Source: a candidate division WWE3 bacterium UBA1379 (GTDB lineage Bacteria; Patescibacteriota; WWE3; UBA101185; UBA10185). Taken from it: DNA of 64,000 nucleotides. The translations under genes and the position numbers were made by a program. The stretch spans positions 14,002 to 78,001 of the forward strand of contig DBRB01000016.1 of the NCBI GenBank assembly GCA_002305475.1. Direction: 5' to 3'. The notes under the pieces are model-generated. The model saw nothing but the letters and a program-made list of their open reading frames with translations. It searched no databases and was not told the DNA's origin. Positions 39,409 to 48,294 of the stretch are shown here, piece after piece (the first letter of the stretch is position 1; every line of letters starts with the position of its first letter).

Positions 39409-40383
39409 ATGAATTCAATCAGCGCTGCCCCAATACTGAGAGGAACTCGTGTTCTAGTTCGCTGTGATATTGATGTACCGATTAAAGACGGGATAATTGA
39501 AGAAACATACAGACTCGACTCACTTTTACCTACTCTCAATTTTTTAAAAAAGAAAGAAGCAAAAATTATTATTGCCGGGCATATGGGAAAACCCAAAGGA
39601 ACACCCGATCCGACCCTAAGCACCCAACTGCTTCAACCCTATTTTGAGGAAAAGCTTGGTAAGTGGAATTTTGAATTATGGGAAAACTTACGCTTTGATC
39701 CCCAGGAGGAAGCAAACGATCCGGAATTTGCCCAAAAACTTGCTCAAAATGCGGATGTATTTGTTAATGAAAGTTTTGCTACTTGCCATAGAAAACATGC
39801 ATCCATAGTTCAGATACCTAAATTTCTCCCCTCATATGCCGGATTTAGACTGGAAGAAGAAGTATCCACACTCTCTAAAATATTAAAAGATCCTCAAAGA
39901 CCATTAATCACTATCATTGGCGGAATTAAAATTGAAAGCAAGCTGCCGGTTATTAACAAGTTTCTGGAAGTATCGGATGCGGTATTAATCGGAGGACGGC
40001 TGGGTTTGGAATGGAAAGATCAGACCCCCGATAAACTATTTCTTCCAAAAGATTATGCTAATAATAGTAAAGACATCGGTCAAAAGACAATTGAAGGGTA
40101 TAGGGAAATTATCCATACGGCAAAAACCATTCTCTGGGCGGGGCCTATGGGCGCCTATGAAGAACCGGAATTTTCTATGGGAACGGAAGAAATTGCCAGA
40201 GCTGTTGTAAATTCTGCCGCCTATTCCGTAATCGGGGGAGGAGATACCATTGCCGCTGTTAATAAGATTGGTATCATGGAAAACTTCGATTTTGCATCTA
40301 CTGGTGGTGGTGCTATGCTAGAATTCCTTGTCAAAGGAACATTACCCGGACTGGAAGTATTAGGCTACCAGCCGAATCAGTAA
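39409..40383 (+). CDS. pgk: Phosphoglycerate kinase (compact, 324 aa).
   Basis: RCDIDVP (the RVDFNVP motif), AGHMGKPKG, and C-terminal GGGDT and STGGGAMLEFL. Confidence 0.88.
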   Translation: MNSISAAPILRGTRVLVRCDIDVPIKDGIIEETYRLDSLLPTLNFLKKKEAKIIIAGHMGKPKGTPDPTLSTQLLQPYFEEKLGKWNFELWENLRFDPQEEANDPEFAQKLAQNADVFVNESFATCHRKHASIVQIPKFLPSYAGFRLEEEVSTLSKILKDPQRPLITIIGGIKIESKLPVINKFLEVSDAVLIGGRLGLEWKDQTPDKLFLPKDYANNSKDIGQKTIEGYREIIHTAKTILWAGPMGAYEEPEFSMGTEEIARAVVNSAAYSVIGGGDTIAAVNKIGIMENFDFASTGGGAMLEFLVKGTLPGLEVLGYQPNQ

Positions 40384-40385
40384 TT

Positions 40386-40685
40386 ATGCCAAAATATCTG
40401 AAAATATCATTTCCTCAAAAATGTATAGGCTGTGAACTTTGTGTGGCGGAAACCCAAAGGCAGCTAAAAAAAGTAGGTCTGGAAGGAGCCTTAATCCGGG
40501 TTTTTAAACAAAGCAACGAAAGCTTCGGAATCGGCACTGATCGGAATTTTGAGGAAGAACTGACCTTTACTATTCAAATTGATCCAACAGTAAATAAACT
40601 GAATATTCAAAAAATCAGGGATATTTGCCCTACCGGTGTTTTTACCATTCAGGAGGAGGAAGAAGATGGTGGACTCGTTAGCTAA
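40386..40685 (+). CDS. Small single-cluster [4Fe-4S] ferredoxin-like protein.
   Basis: CIGCELC (CxxCxxC) plus a distal ICPTG Cys-Pro; 99 aa with an acidic C-terminus. Confidence 0.55.
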   Translation: MPKYLKISFPQKCIGCELCVAETQRQLKKVGLEGALIRVFKQSNESFGIGTDRNFEEELTFTIQIDPTVNKLNIQKIRDICPTGVFTIQEEEEDGGLVS

Positions 40686-41535
40686 ACATGTATTGTATAT
40701 TGATCTCTCCCGAAAAGAATTCGGTCTGAAACATGAAACAGGTCTTAAAAAATATCTGGGAGGGGTAGGAACAGGACTGCGTCTCTTAGCAGATAATCTT
40801 GAACGTTATCCGGTTGTCTTTTCCGTAGGTCCTTTAAACGGATTTTTTCCCTTCTGTTCAAAAACCTCCGTTGTTTTGGATGACAATGGAGTCATTGAAG
40901 ACATATATATCGGAGGATCTCTTTCCTCCAGAATCAGATTTGCTGGACTGGATAATATTGTATTTCTGGGAAAGTCAAAAACACCGGTTACAGTGGAAAT
41001 CCACAACGAACAGGTGATTTTCCGTGACATTAATATTGACCTGGGATCGTTAGGTCTGCCCGGAAAAAGAAGTGTTTTGTATTTTAATAAAGAAAGAGAA
41101 CTTTTTACTGTCGATCGATATTTCTCTCCCCCGGAAAGAATCCTGGAAAACAAATTACTGAGTAAAAATCTGGTAAATATTGTCATTACCGGTTCAAAAA
41201 CCTATGAAATCAAAGATCCTGAAAAATATGAAGAACTTTATAAAAAAGTGCTTGCGCAGACTAATCAGATGACGGTAGAAAAAGGAAGCAATCCTTCCTG
41301 TGTGGGATGTCCGATGGGTTGTTCAAAATCAAAAATCGGAGAGATAGGCGGGAATATTCTCACCCACAGTCTGGTTGCCTGTCAGTATGCAGAAAAAATC
41401 TTTTCTGATGTCGGAGTTACCTTTTCATGTCTGAACATTTTAGGTTATGATTATACTCACGAGGATATTGAAAATACTACAAAACTAATTGAATTAACTA
41501 TGAAAGAACTGGAACAGGATCCGCAAAGATTATAG
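40666..41535 (+). CDS. Truncated aldehyde:ferredoxin oxidoreductase-like protein: AOR N-terminal domain plus a CxxCxxxC [4Fe-4S] motif, lacking the pterin-binding domains.
   Basis: AGGAGGAGGAAGAAG RBS then ATG at 40666. VLYIDLSRKEFG ... YLGGVGTGLRLL ... FSVGPLNGFFP ... RFAGLDNIVFLGKSKTPVTVEIHNEQVIFRDI parallels the AOR N-domain pattern (ILRVNLTTG / GGRGLAAKIL / FATGPLTGT / KFAGYDAIVVEGKAEKPVYIYI). C-terminal CVGCPMGC matches the AOR Fe-S motif. Only about 290 aa. Confidence 0.55.
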   Translation: MVDSLAKHVLYIDLSRKEFGLKHETGLKKYLGGVGTGLRLLADNLERYPVVFSVGPLNGFFPFCSKTSVVLDDNGVIEDIYIGGSLSSRIRFAGLDNIVFLGKSKTPVTVEIHNEQVIFRDINIDLGSLGLPGKRSVLYFNKERELFTVDRYFSPPERILENKLLSKNLVNIVITGSKTYEIKDPEKYEELYKKVLAQTNQMTVEKGSNPSCVGCPMGCSKSKIGEIGGNILTHSLVACQYAEKIFSDVGVTFSCLNILGYDYTHEDIENTTKLIELTMKELEQDPQRL

Positions 41536-41546
41536 AAAAAAATAAT

Positions 41547-42188
41547 ATGAAATATGCTGTTGCGAATTGGAAAATGAATATGGATCTTAAGGACATTCAA
41601 AACTGGTTGCAGGCATTTGAAAAATACAGCAACGACAAAGCAATTATGGAAAAGGTAATTCTTTCCCCATCACATCCCTATCTCTATCTTACACATCAGG
41701 CAGGATTTAAAACAGCAGCCCAGGATGTTTCATTAATCGATGAAGGTGCTCATACCGGTGAAACAGGAGGATTTCAACTAAAAAATTTCTGTTCATACTG
41801 TATCGTAGGACACAGTGAAAGACAGGAAAGTTTTGATGTGGTGCTGGACAAAAGAGATCAATGTCTGAAAAACGGCATTACACCGATTGTCTGTTTTACT
41901 GAAACAGACAATGCAATCAATTATTACACTCAAGGGGTGCTTCTGGCATGGGAAGACCCTTCTAATATTTCAGTTAACGGAGTCTATCGGGCAAAAGATC
42001 CGCAGGAAATACGCACGAATGTTAATGTGATTAAAGCTACTCTGCCAGCAGGAGTGGAGCTTATATACGGAGGATCAATTAATAGACAAAATATCGGTGA
42101 ATTATGTATGATTATAGGATTGGACGGTGTTCTTGTAGGAAATGCCAGTTTAGACCCGCAGCATTTTTATGAAATATGTAAACATTAA
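41547..42188 (+). CDS. tpiA: Triosephosphate isomerase (compact, 213 aa).
   Basis: AVANWKMN, IVGHSERQ, and a C-terminal GGSINRQN phosphate-binding region. Confidence 0.88.
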   Translation: MKYAVANWKMNMDLKDIQNWLQAFEKYSNDKAIMEKVILSPSHPYLYLTHQAGFKTAAQDVSLIDEGAHTGETGGFQLKNFCSYCIVGHSERQESFDVVLDKRDQCLKNGITPIVCFTETDNAINYYTQGVLLAWEDPSNISVNGVYRAKDPQEIRTNVNVIKATLPAGVELIYGGSINRQNIGELCMIIGLDGVLVGNASLDPQHFYEICKH

Positions 42189-43302
42189 CCAAAGAACTGA
42201 AACCGTGCGGACTACCCCAAAGAAGAAAAGCAATAAATGGAAATGGGGGATGTTTGCGGCTGTTTTTATTATCGTAGCTGGAGTAGTTCTTTTTATCAAC
42301 CAGAAATCCACGGCCATTTTTAATCCCATATCAATAGTTGCCAACGTATCTTCCGCATCATTAAAGGAAACAGATGGAAGAACCAATATCCTGATTTTAG
42401 GATCAGACAAGCGTTCGGTAGGAAATGTCTATTCCGTTCTTACCGATACCATCATTGTTGCTTCCATAGGCAGAGTGGACAACGATGTGGTTCTGATCTC
42501 ACTTCCCCGTGATTTATGGGTCAACGGACCAAAAGGTTTTTCTAAGATTAATGCCGTATATACATACGGACAGGTGAAAAATGAAGGAGCACAGGATCTG
42601 GAAACTGTTGTGGAAAATGTCCTGGGTATACCTATTCATTATTATGTGGTGGTTGATTTCAATATCTTTAAAGAAACCATAGATGTACTGGGAGGTATCA
42701 ATGTAAATGTGGAAACTGCATTTGAAGACTATGAATACCCGATTGAAGGAAATGAGGATAATTCCTGCGGCAGAACACCAGAAGATGCGGAAAAAATGAT
42801 GGAAGAAGGAAGGCCTTTGTATCAGATTTATCCCTGCAGATACGAACATCTTTCTTTTACGGTGGGCGAACAGGTAATGAACGGAGAAACTGCCTTAAAA
42901 TTCTCTCGATCTAGACACGGAAACAACAATGAAGGAACAGACTTTGCCAGGGCAAAAAGGCAGCAGAAAGTTATTCTGGCTGTAAAAGAAAAAGCCATGT
43001 CCGCCGGTACTTTATTCAATCCGGTCAAACTTAAGGAGCTTTATGAAACTTACTCTAAAAACATAGATACTAATATTGGTCTGTCGGATGTTCAAGGTTT
43101 TTATCAGTTATCCCAACAGGCGGATTTTAATAACATCAGATCCATAGTACTGGATGACAGAAGCTCCGCAGAAGTAGGCGGTCTTTTGTATGCTCCTACA
43201 GACAGAAGTTTATACGGCGGTGCCTATGTTCTGATACCCAGAGCAGGTGATTTTACTCAGATGCATGCTTACGTACAAAAATATCTGTTCGGAGAGTTGT
43301 AG
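42169..43302 (+). CDS. LytR-CpsA-Psr (LCP) family cell-envelope phosphotransferase.
   Basis: N-terminal TM, then TNILILGSDKR ... TDTIIVASIG ... ISLPRDLWV ... GFSKINAVY. The start may be the internal Met near 42250, since the annotated start overlaps tpiA. Confidence 0.8.
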   Translation: MKYVNINQRTETVRTTPKKKSNKWKWGMFAAVFIIVAGVVLFINQKSTAIFNPISIVANVSSASLKETDGRTNILILGSDKRSVGNVYSVLTDTIIVASIGRVDNDVVLISLPRDLWVNGPKGFSKINAVYTYGQVKNEGAQDLETVVENVLGIPIHYYVVVDFNIFKETIDVLGGINVNVETAFEDYEYPIEGNEDNSCGRTPEDAEKMMEEGRPLYQIYPCRYEHLSFTVGEQVMNGETALKFSRSRHGNNNEGTDFARAKRQQKVILAVKEKAMSAGTLFNPVKLKELYETYSKNIDTNIGLSDVQGFYQLSQQADFNNIRSIVLDDRSSAEVGGLLYAPTDRSLYGGAYVLIPRAGDFTQMHAYVQKYLFGEL

Positions 43303-43323
43303 TCCAACTGGTAAAATTGATCT

Positions 43324-43956
43324 ATGGTTTACCTGGTACATGGTGAAAATTATTCCTATTCCCGAAAAATTATCAGCAGTCAGCAGAAAAAACTCGGAGT
43401 GGAAACAAAAACGGAGGTAGATCTAGAGGATGTTACCCCCGAACAGTTAAAAGCACTCTGCACCTCCTTTGATATATTCGGAACTCCTCCGTTTATCGTT
43501 TTTAATATCAGTAAAGCAGGGAGACAAAATCTTGAGCCTTATACAAAGATCATTACCGATGTTCCTCAAGAAACTACACTAATAATTTTATCCTCCAAGG
43601 ATTTAAGCAGTACCAATATATTTGTCAAAGAAGCAAAGAATTTGGGAATAAATGTAGTCAGAAATCAGAAAATACCCGAGTCGAATATATTCAGATTTAT
43701 TGATGCACTATACAAAGGAAACCGTCTTCTTACATATAAGGAGTTGTCAAAATTGATTAAGGAGGATCAGGATCCCTTCTATATCTTTTCCATGATCCTT
43801 TACGGAGCAAGAAAAAATGCTTCCTCAATCGGAGAAGAAAAAACAAAACAGCTCTTTCTTGACTTATACAATACGGACAAGATATTAAAAACAGGGGGAA
43901 TAGACCCGGAAATTGCTATTCCCTACACTGTAGAAAAAGTATTTGGATATGTCTAA
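43324..43956 (+). CDS. Possible DNA polymerase III delta-subunit (HolA)-like protein, short.
   Basis: MVYLVHGENYSY N-terminus resembles HolA; only 210 aa. Weak call. Confidence 0.3.
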   Translation: MVYLVHGENYSYSRKIISSQQKKLGVETKTEVDLEDVTPEQLKALCTSFDIFGTPPFIVFNISKAGRQNLEPYTKIITDVPQETTLIILSSKDLSSTNIFVKEAKNLGINVVRNQKIPESNIFRFIDALYKGNRLLTYKELSKLIKEDQDPFYIFSMILYGARKNASSIGEEKTKQLFLDLYNTDKILKTGGIDPEIAIPYTVEKVFGYV

Positions 43957-44680
43957 ATTCCGCCCGCATAAATACATTAAAGATGATTCATTCGATCCGT
44001 TTTACAGTGAAGTAAACTGGAGGTTTTTACTAAGAAGCAGACTTCTTTCAATATTTCTGATCATTTTCAGTTTCCTTATTAGTATTACCCAGATTGTTAT
44101 TCCAGTTTACCTGTTGGGAACTATGGATTCGGTTTCCTCCCAGGTGGAAAAAAGTATCCTAGGGGTTGCAGGTGGTTTTGGGAAATTTGAATTCAGGGAG
44201 CTAAAAAAGACAAACATAAAGCGGGAAACGGAAACTTCGGTTGTCTCTCCATATTTTTATCTGACCATTGATAAATTAAGAATTAAAAATGCCACCGTAG
44301 AAATCAATGCAGCAGATCTGAATCCGGATGACATGCTGGGACACTATACCGGCACCAGTCTACCGGGTGAAAAAGGAAATATGTTTATTTACGGTCATTC
44401 CGTCCTTCCTATGTTTTACAATCCCAGAAACTATAAAACCATCTTTTCAACACTGGGGGATTTGGAAATCGGTGATGAGTTAAATATTACTTATAACGGG
44501 ATTGCTTATAAATACAAAATTGACAGTAAGATTATCATGGACCCGGTAAAAGTAGATCCTTTGGCACCGGTCAAACCAGCCTATCTTAATGAAGAAACAA
44601 TTACTCTTATGACATGCTGGCCGGCAGGATCAAAAAGCAAACGACTGCTGGTTAATGCGGTAAGAGTAAATGAGTATTAA
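43943..44680 (+). CDS. Sortase-family transpeptidase.
   Basis: N-terminal TM; catalytic His region NMFIYGHS; TLxTC motif ITLMTCWP with the catalytic Cys; downstream Arg (NAVRV). Confidence 0.8.
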   Translation: MDMSKFRPHKYIKDDSFDPFYSEVNWRFLLRSRLLSIFLIIFSFLISITQIVIPVYLLGTMDSVSSQVEKSILGVAGGFGKFEFRELKKTNIKRETETSVVSPYFYLTIDKLRIKNATVEINAADLNPDDMLGHYTGTSLPGEKGNMFIYGHSVLPMFYNPRNYKTIFSTLGDLEIGDELNITYNGIAYKYKIDSKIIMDPVKVDPLAPVKPAYLNEETITLMTCWPAGSKSKRLLVNAVRVNEY

Positions 44681-45120
44681 AAGTCTTTAGTAGCTTCCTT
44701 TTCAAAGAGTAATAATGCTTTCTTCCTGGGAGATGTGATCAAAAAGTATATACCTCCCAAAAATACAACGGCTGAAAGAAATGCCATATATGTCAGGGTG
44801 GAATCGCCTGTATCAGGTACTGTGCTTTGTGTTGTTTCAGGAATATCTGCACTTCCTAAAACAACCGGTACTTCCTCATTCAGTTCCTGCTGAACAAGAA
44901 CTGCAAAAGGACCTTTCTCCTCAGTATCAGTCACAAACGCTTCGGATTCCTGAGCAGGCTCTGCCGGCTGCACCGATACAGACTCTTCAACTTCCTCGAT
45001 ACCCGTTACACTCGTTGAATCGGTTGCCAGATAGTAGACAAAGGAGAATACCACTAAAGTAATAGATAATGTAATTAGGAAAGTTTTAAATCCGTTTTTA
45101 GCAACTGTAGAATTATTCAT
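44677..45120 (-). CDS. Predicted sortase substrate: surface protein with a C-terminal VPDTG sorting signal.
   Basis: N-terminal anchor/signal; an acidic Thr/Glu/Val-rich spacer; C-terminal VPDTG, then a hydrophobic helix (LTYMAFLSAVVFLGGIYFLI), then a basic tail (TSPRKK). Tail-to-tail with the sortase gene, with a 4-nt overlap. Confidence 0.55.
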   Translation of the reverse strand: MNNSTVAKNGFKTFLITLSITLVVFSFVYYLATDSTSVTGIEEVEESVSVQPAEPAQESEAFVTDTEEKGPFAVLVQQELNEEVPVVLGSADIPETTQSTVPDTGDSTLTYMAFLSAVVFLGGIYFLITSPRKKALLLFEKEATKDF

Positions 45121-45751
45121 GAGCAGGTTTTAGTTCTTTCAATAAAAACTCTGTATCTATTTTAGCATTAGTAGATCCCTCAAAGTCAAGAGGATCCCTG
45201 ATCAGATCATCCAGATAATATATCTTCACACTTATATCCATTAGATATGATATATCCTTGTTATCTTCAGCCTTAACTTCTAAAATATCGGATAAACGCG
45301 AGGTGTTTTCCAGAGCAAAAACTACTTCCGGCAGTTTTTCTACATCTCCTAAAAGCCTGATACGAACAGTTACGGATTCTTTATCTGGATAATCAACTAT
45401 AAAATCATAAAGAAGTATGTTATAAGAGGAAAATATGGAGCTGGTTTCGCGCAGATACTCCTGAACCAGCGGCGTCTGCGGAATAGCAATATTAATCCTA
45501 TCCAGGATCGGACTCAGTCTGCTTAACTCGGCATCCATATCAATCAATGAAAATTTTTTCTTTTCCAGCTCGTTAACTTCCGATTCCAATAGGGAAATTT
45601 CCGATTTCTTTTCCGTATATGCCGCCATTGCCAGATGCATCCCAAAAAATCCGAATACCAATAAATCTATGAAAGCCAAAACCAGATAAAAACGTAAAGC
45701 CTTTCTTGGTTCAGATAAATATTTGAGTTTTAAAAAATCCAGTACTTGCAT
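45113..45751 (-). CDS. PilO/GspM-like bitopic membrane protein (type IV pilus / T2SS inner-membrane assembly-like).
   Basis: Short cytoplasmic N-terminus, one TM (LRFYLVLAFIDLLVFGFFGM), a coiled-coil segment, then an alpha/beta C-terminal domain. Fold-level resemblance only. Confidence 0.35.
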   Translation of the reverse strand: MQVLDFLKLKYLSEPRKALRFYLVLAFIDLLVFGFFGMHLAMAAYTEKKSEISLLESEVNELEKKKFSLIDMDAELSRLSPILDRINIAIPQTPLVQEYLRETSSIFSSYNILLYDFIVDYPDKESVTVRIRLLGDVEKLPEVVFALENTSRLSDILEVKAEDNKDISYLMDISVKIYYLDDLIRDPLDFEGSTNAKIDTEFLLKELKPAHE

Positions 45752-45753
45752 TT

Positions 45754-46359
45754 CTATCTATAACGGACAACTAGTTCAATTTCATATATATTCTGGGTCA
45801 TAACAAGATTTGCGGAAAGAATCGACACTTCCTGGGCAAAATCGTCCTTTAATACATTGGTAATGAAAGAAGCAACATTCAGGGGTCCGGGAGACAGCAG
45901 AATCAGGGAAGCGGTTTTTCCCTGAACCATCTCGTTTTTTATTGACACACCTTCCGGAAGTGACTTGATTATTGAATCCAGCATTGCAGGTGCATAATGT
46001 TCTTTTTCATTAACCTGTTTTAGAATTTGTTCTCTTAAAACTACGGAAGTATGTATTGCTTGTACATCCGGATAAACAAACAGTTCATCGGTCAGAACGT
46101 TTTTATCATCTTCCAAAGCCATAATCTTTCTATCCAAGGCGTCATTTAAAGCCAGCATGAAAAAAAATACACCTGGCAGTATTAATATAAAAAGCTTTAA
46201 TATCAGGGTAGCTTTATTTACAAAACTGTAACTTTCAAAAAAATCGTCTTTAAAGGATTCTAAAAGATTAGGACTAGTATTGGATTCCTCAGGGGAACTA
46301 TCAGGATTTTGAGGTTGCTCGTTTAGATTCTTTTGAATGGGCAGCAATTTTTCTAGCAT
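45754..46359 (-). CDS. PilN/GspL-like bitopic membrane protein.
   Basis: One TM (LILKLFILILPGVFFFMLAL), coiled-coil, C-terminal domain. Paired with the PilO-like gene. The annotated 5' end overlaps rpsT by 59 nt, so the start is uncertain. Confidence 0.35.
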   Translation of the reverse strand: MLEKLLPIQKNLNEQPQNPDSSPEESNTSPNLLESFKDDFFESYSFVNKATLILKLFILILPGVFFFMLALNDALDRKIMALEDDKNVLTDELFVYPDVQAIHTSVVLREQILKQVNEKEHYAPAMLDSIIKSLPEGVSIKNEMVQGKTASLILLSPGPLNVASFITNVLKDDFAQEVSILSANLVMTQNIYEIELVVRYR

Positions 46360-46600
46360 AGCGAGATTTTAGCCTATTTGCTTTATTCTTGTGAATAGAC
46401 TTGGTCTTGGCAGCTTTATCAACGGCTTTCTGCAGTTGTATCTGCTCTTTTTGTAGTATATCAGTAGAAACTCCTTTAGTCTCCAGTTTTTTCACCAGGG
46501 ATTTGGAAAGAGTTTTCACTTTACGTCTCCAAAAAAGATTTTGAGATCTTTTCTTGAGTGATTGTCTATTTGCTTTTTCTGCTGATTTTGTATTCGCCAT
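46301..46600 (-). CDS. rpsT: 30S ribosomal protein S20.
   Basis: MANTKSAEKANRQSLKKRSQNLFWRRKVKTLSK ... KNKANRLKSR from the ATG at 46600; 99 aa. Confidence 0.88.
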   Translation of the reverse strand: MANTKSAEKANRQSLKKRSQNLFWRRKVKTLSKSLVKKLETKGVSTDILQKEQIQLQKAVDKAAKTKSIHKNKANRLKSRYARKIAAHSKESKRATSKS

Positions 46601-46631
46601 ATCGCCGGCATATGATAACATACAATCTGTA

Positions 46632-48251
46632 ATGGTCAAGCCGAGCATCTTCAGCACTCAAAATAGTATCGTATCGGCCGCAGCTGTACTTAGCATCAGC
46701 AGCGGAATCAATGCTGTTTTGGGATTTGTAAAAAGCCGCTCTCTGGCGCATTTTTTCGGGGTTTCCGATGAACTGGCCGTTTTTTATACCGCAGATCTTA
46801 TTCCCAACATGGTGTACTCTTTTTTGGTAGTAGGTGCCCTATCCACAGTGTTTATTCCTGTATTTACCCAGGAATATAAGCGAAACCACAGCATTGCCTG
46901 GAGGACAGCTTCCTCATTTATTAACCTCTCAGTTTTGGTCTTTTTCCTTCTGGGAACAATCAGCTATATCACCGCCCCCCATATTATCCGCCTGATCTCT
47001 GTTAATAAATTTAGTGCAGAACAGATAGCACTGGGCTCCAGTCTGATGAGAATCATGCTACTCTCTCAGCTTATTCTGATAGTTAGCAGTTTCATCACCT
47101 GCATCCTACAGTCCTTCAAGTACTTCCTGATACCGGCTATGTCTCCTATTCTGTATAACCTGGGGATGATTCTAGGCACCATATTGCTGTCAAATCATAT
47201 AGGTATTTTCGGACCGGCAATCGGTGTACTTATCGGATCAATCCTTCATTTATTAATACAGCTTCCCTTTTTACCTAAAGTATCACCTAAATACTCACTC
47301 AAATTGGACCTGAAAGATAAGGGGATCGGAACAATTTTTAATCTAGTACCACCCCGAATACTGAGTGTTTTCATCTCCAATCTGGGAAATACCCTCAACA
47401 GCTCTCTGGCTATCTTTATTTCCCCCGCTTCGGTGGTTCTTCTGAAATTTGCCAATCAGCTGCAATTTTTCCCTGTCAGCTTATTCGGGTTGTCCGTTGC
47501 TTCCGCAATTCTGCCTACTCTTTCCGCTCAGGCAGATGAAGATGATTTAAGTACATTCCGAAAGACACTCACCACTTCCTTTTTACAGATGATGTTTCTG
47601 GTGGTTCCCATTAGCGTTATTCTTTTTGTATTAAAAGTACCTCTGGTTAGAATTGTTTACGGTGCCGCCAGCTTTCCATGGGAAGCGACTGTAAAAACAT
47701 CCTATGTTCTGGCATTTTTTTCCATTTCAATTCTTTTTCAAAGCACCAACTATCTTCTAACCAGAGCATTCTTTGCATTAAAAGATACAAAGACTCCGGT
47801 TATAATCAGTTCACTTACACTTGCCATTCATATTCTGATGGCTATTACTTTTGTGAGAATCTTTGGTCTGGGGGTCTGGTCTGTGGCCTTTGCTAGCTCT
47901 ATTGCATCATTTATTGAAACAATCTATCTATACCGACTAATTAGTGCAAAAACCGGACGTTTTTATGAACCAGCTATTCTTCCTTCCTTTATTAAAATCA
48001 GTTATGCATCCCTCTTAATGGGAATTATGCTGTATATACCGTTAAAACTTCTGGATCACTATGTCTTTGACACCACCAGAACCCTGCAGCTTCTTATTGC
48101 CACCGGAATTGCCAGCTTAGGAGGTATCTCAACCTATTTCTTTTTGACAGACAGGTTCAAAGTTCCGGAAATTCAACTGCTGTATCGGCTTTTACATAAA
48201 TTCAAATTCCCGAATAAACAGAAAGTAAACCTTCTGGAGAATACCGCATAG
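46632..48251 (+). CDS. murJ: Lipid II flippase MurJ (MviN).
   Basis: MVKPSIFSTQNSIVSAAAVLSISSGINAVLGFVKSRSLAHFFGVSDELAVFYTA is the conserved MurJ N-terminus; about 14 TM helices. Confidence 0.85.
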   Translation: MVKPSIFSTQNSIVSAAAVLSISSGINAVLGFVKSRSLAHFFGVSDELAVFYTADLIPNMVYSFLVVGALSTVFIPVFTQEYKRNHSIAWRTASSFINLSVLVFFLLGTISYITAPHIIRLISVNKFSAEQIALGSSLMRIMLLSQLILIVSSFITCILQSFKYFLIPAMSPILYNLGMILGTILLSNHIGIFGPAIGVLIGSILHLLIQLPFLPKVSPKYSLKLDLKDKGIGTIFNLVPPRILSVFISNLGNTLNSSLAIFISPASVVLLKFANQLQFFPVSLFGLSVASAILPTLSAQADEDDLSTFRKTLTTSFLQMMFLVVPISVILFVLKVPLVRIVYGAASFPWEATVKTSYVLAFFSISILFQSTNYLLTRAFFALKDTKTPVIISSLTLAIHILMAITFVRIFGLGVWSVAFASSIASFIETIYLYRLISAKTGRFYEPAILPSFIKISYASLLMGIMLYIPLKLLDHYVFDTTRTLQLLIATGIASLGGISTYFFLTDRFKVPEIQLLYRLLHKFKFPNKQKVNLLENTA

Positions 48252-48294
48252 ATTGCACTTTACGCACTGACTTTAGACCAGTACAATCCGTTCT

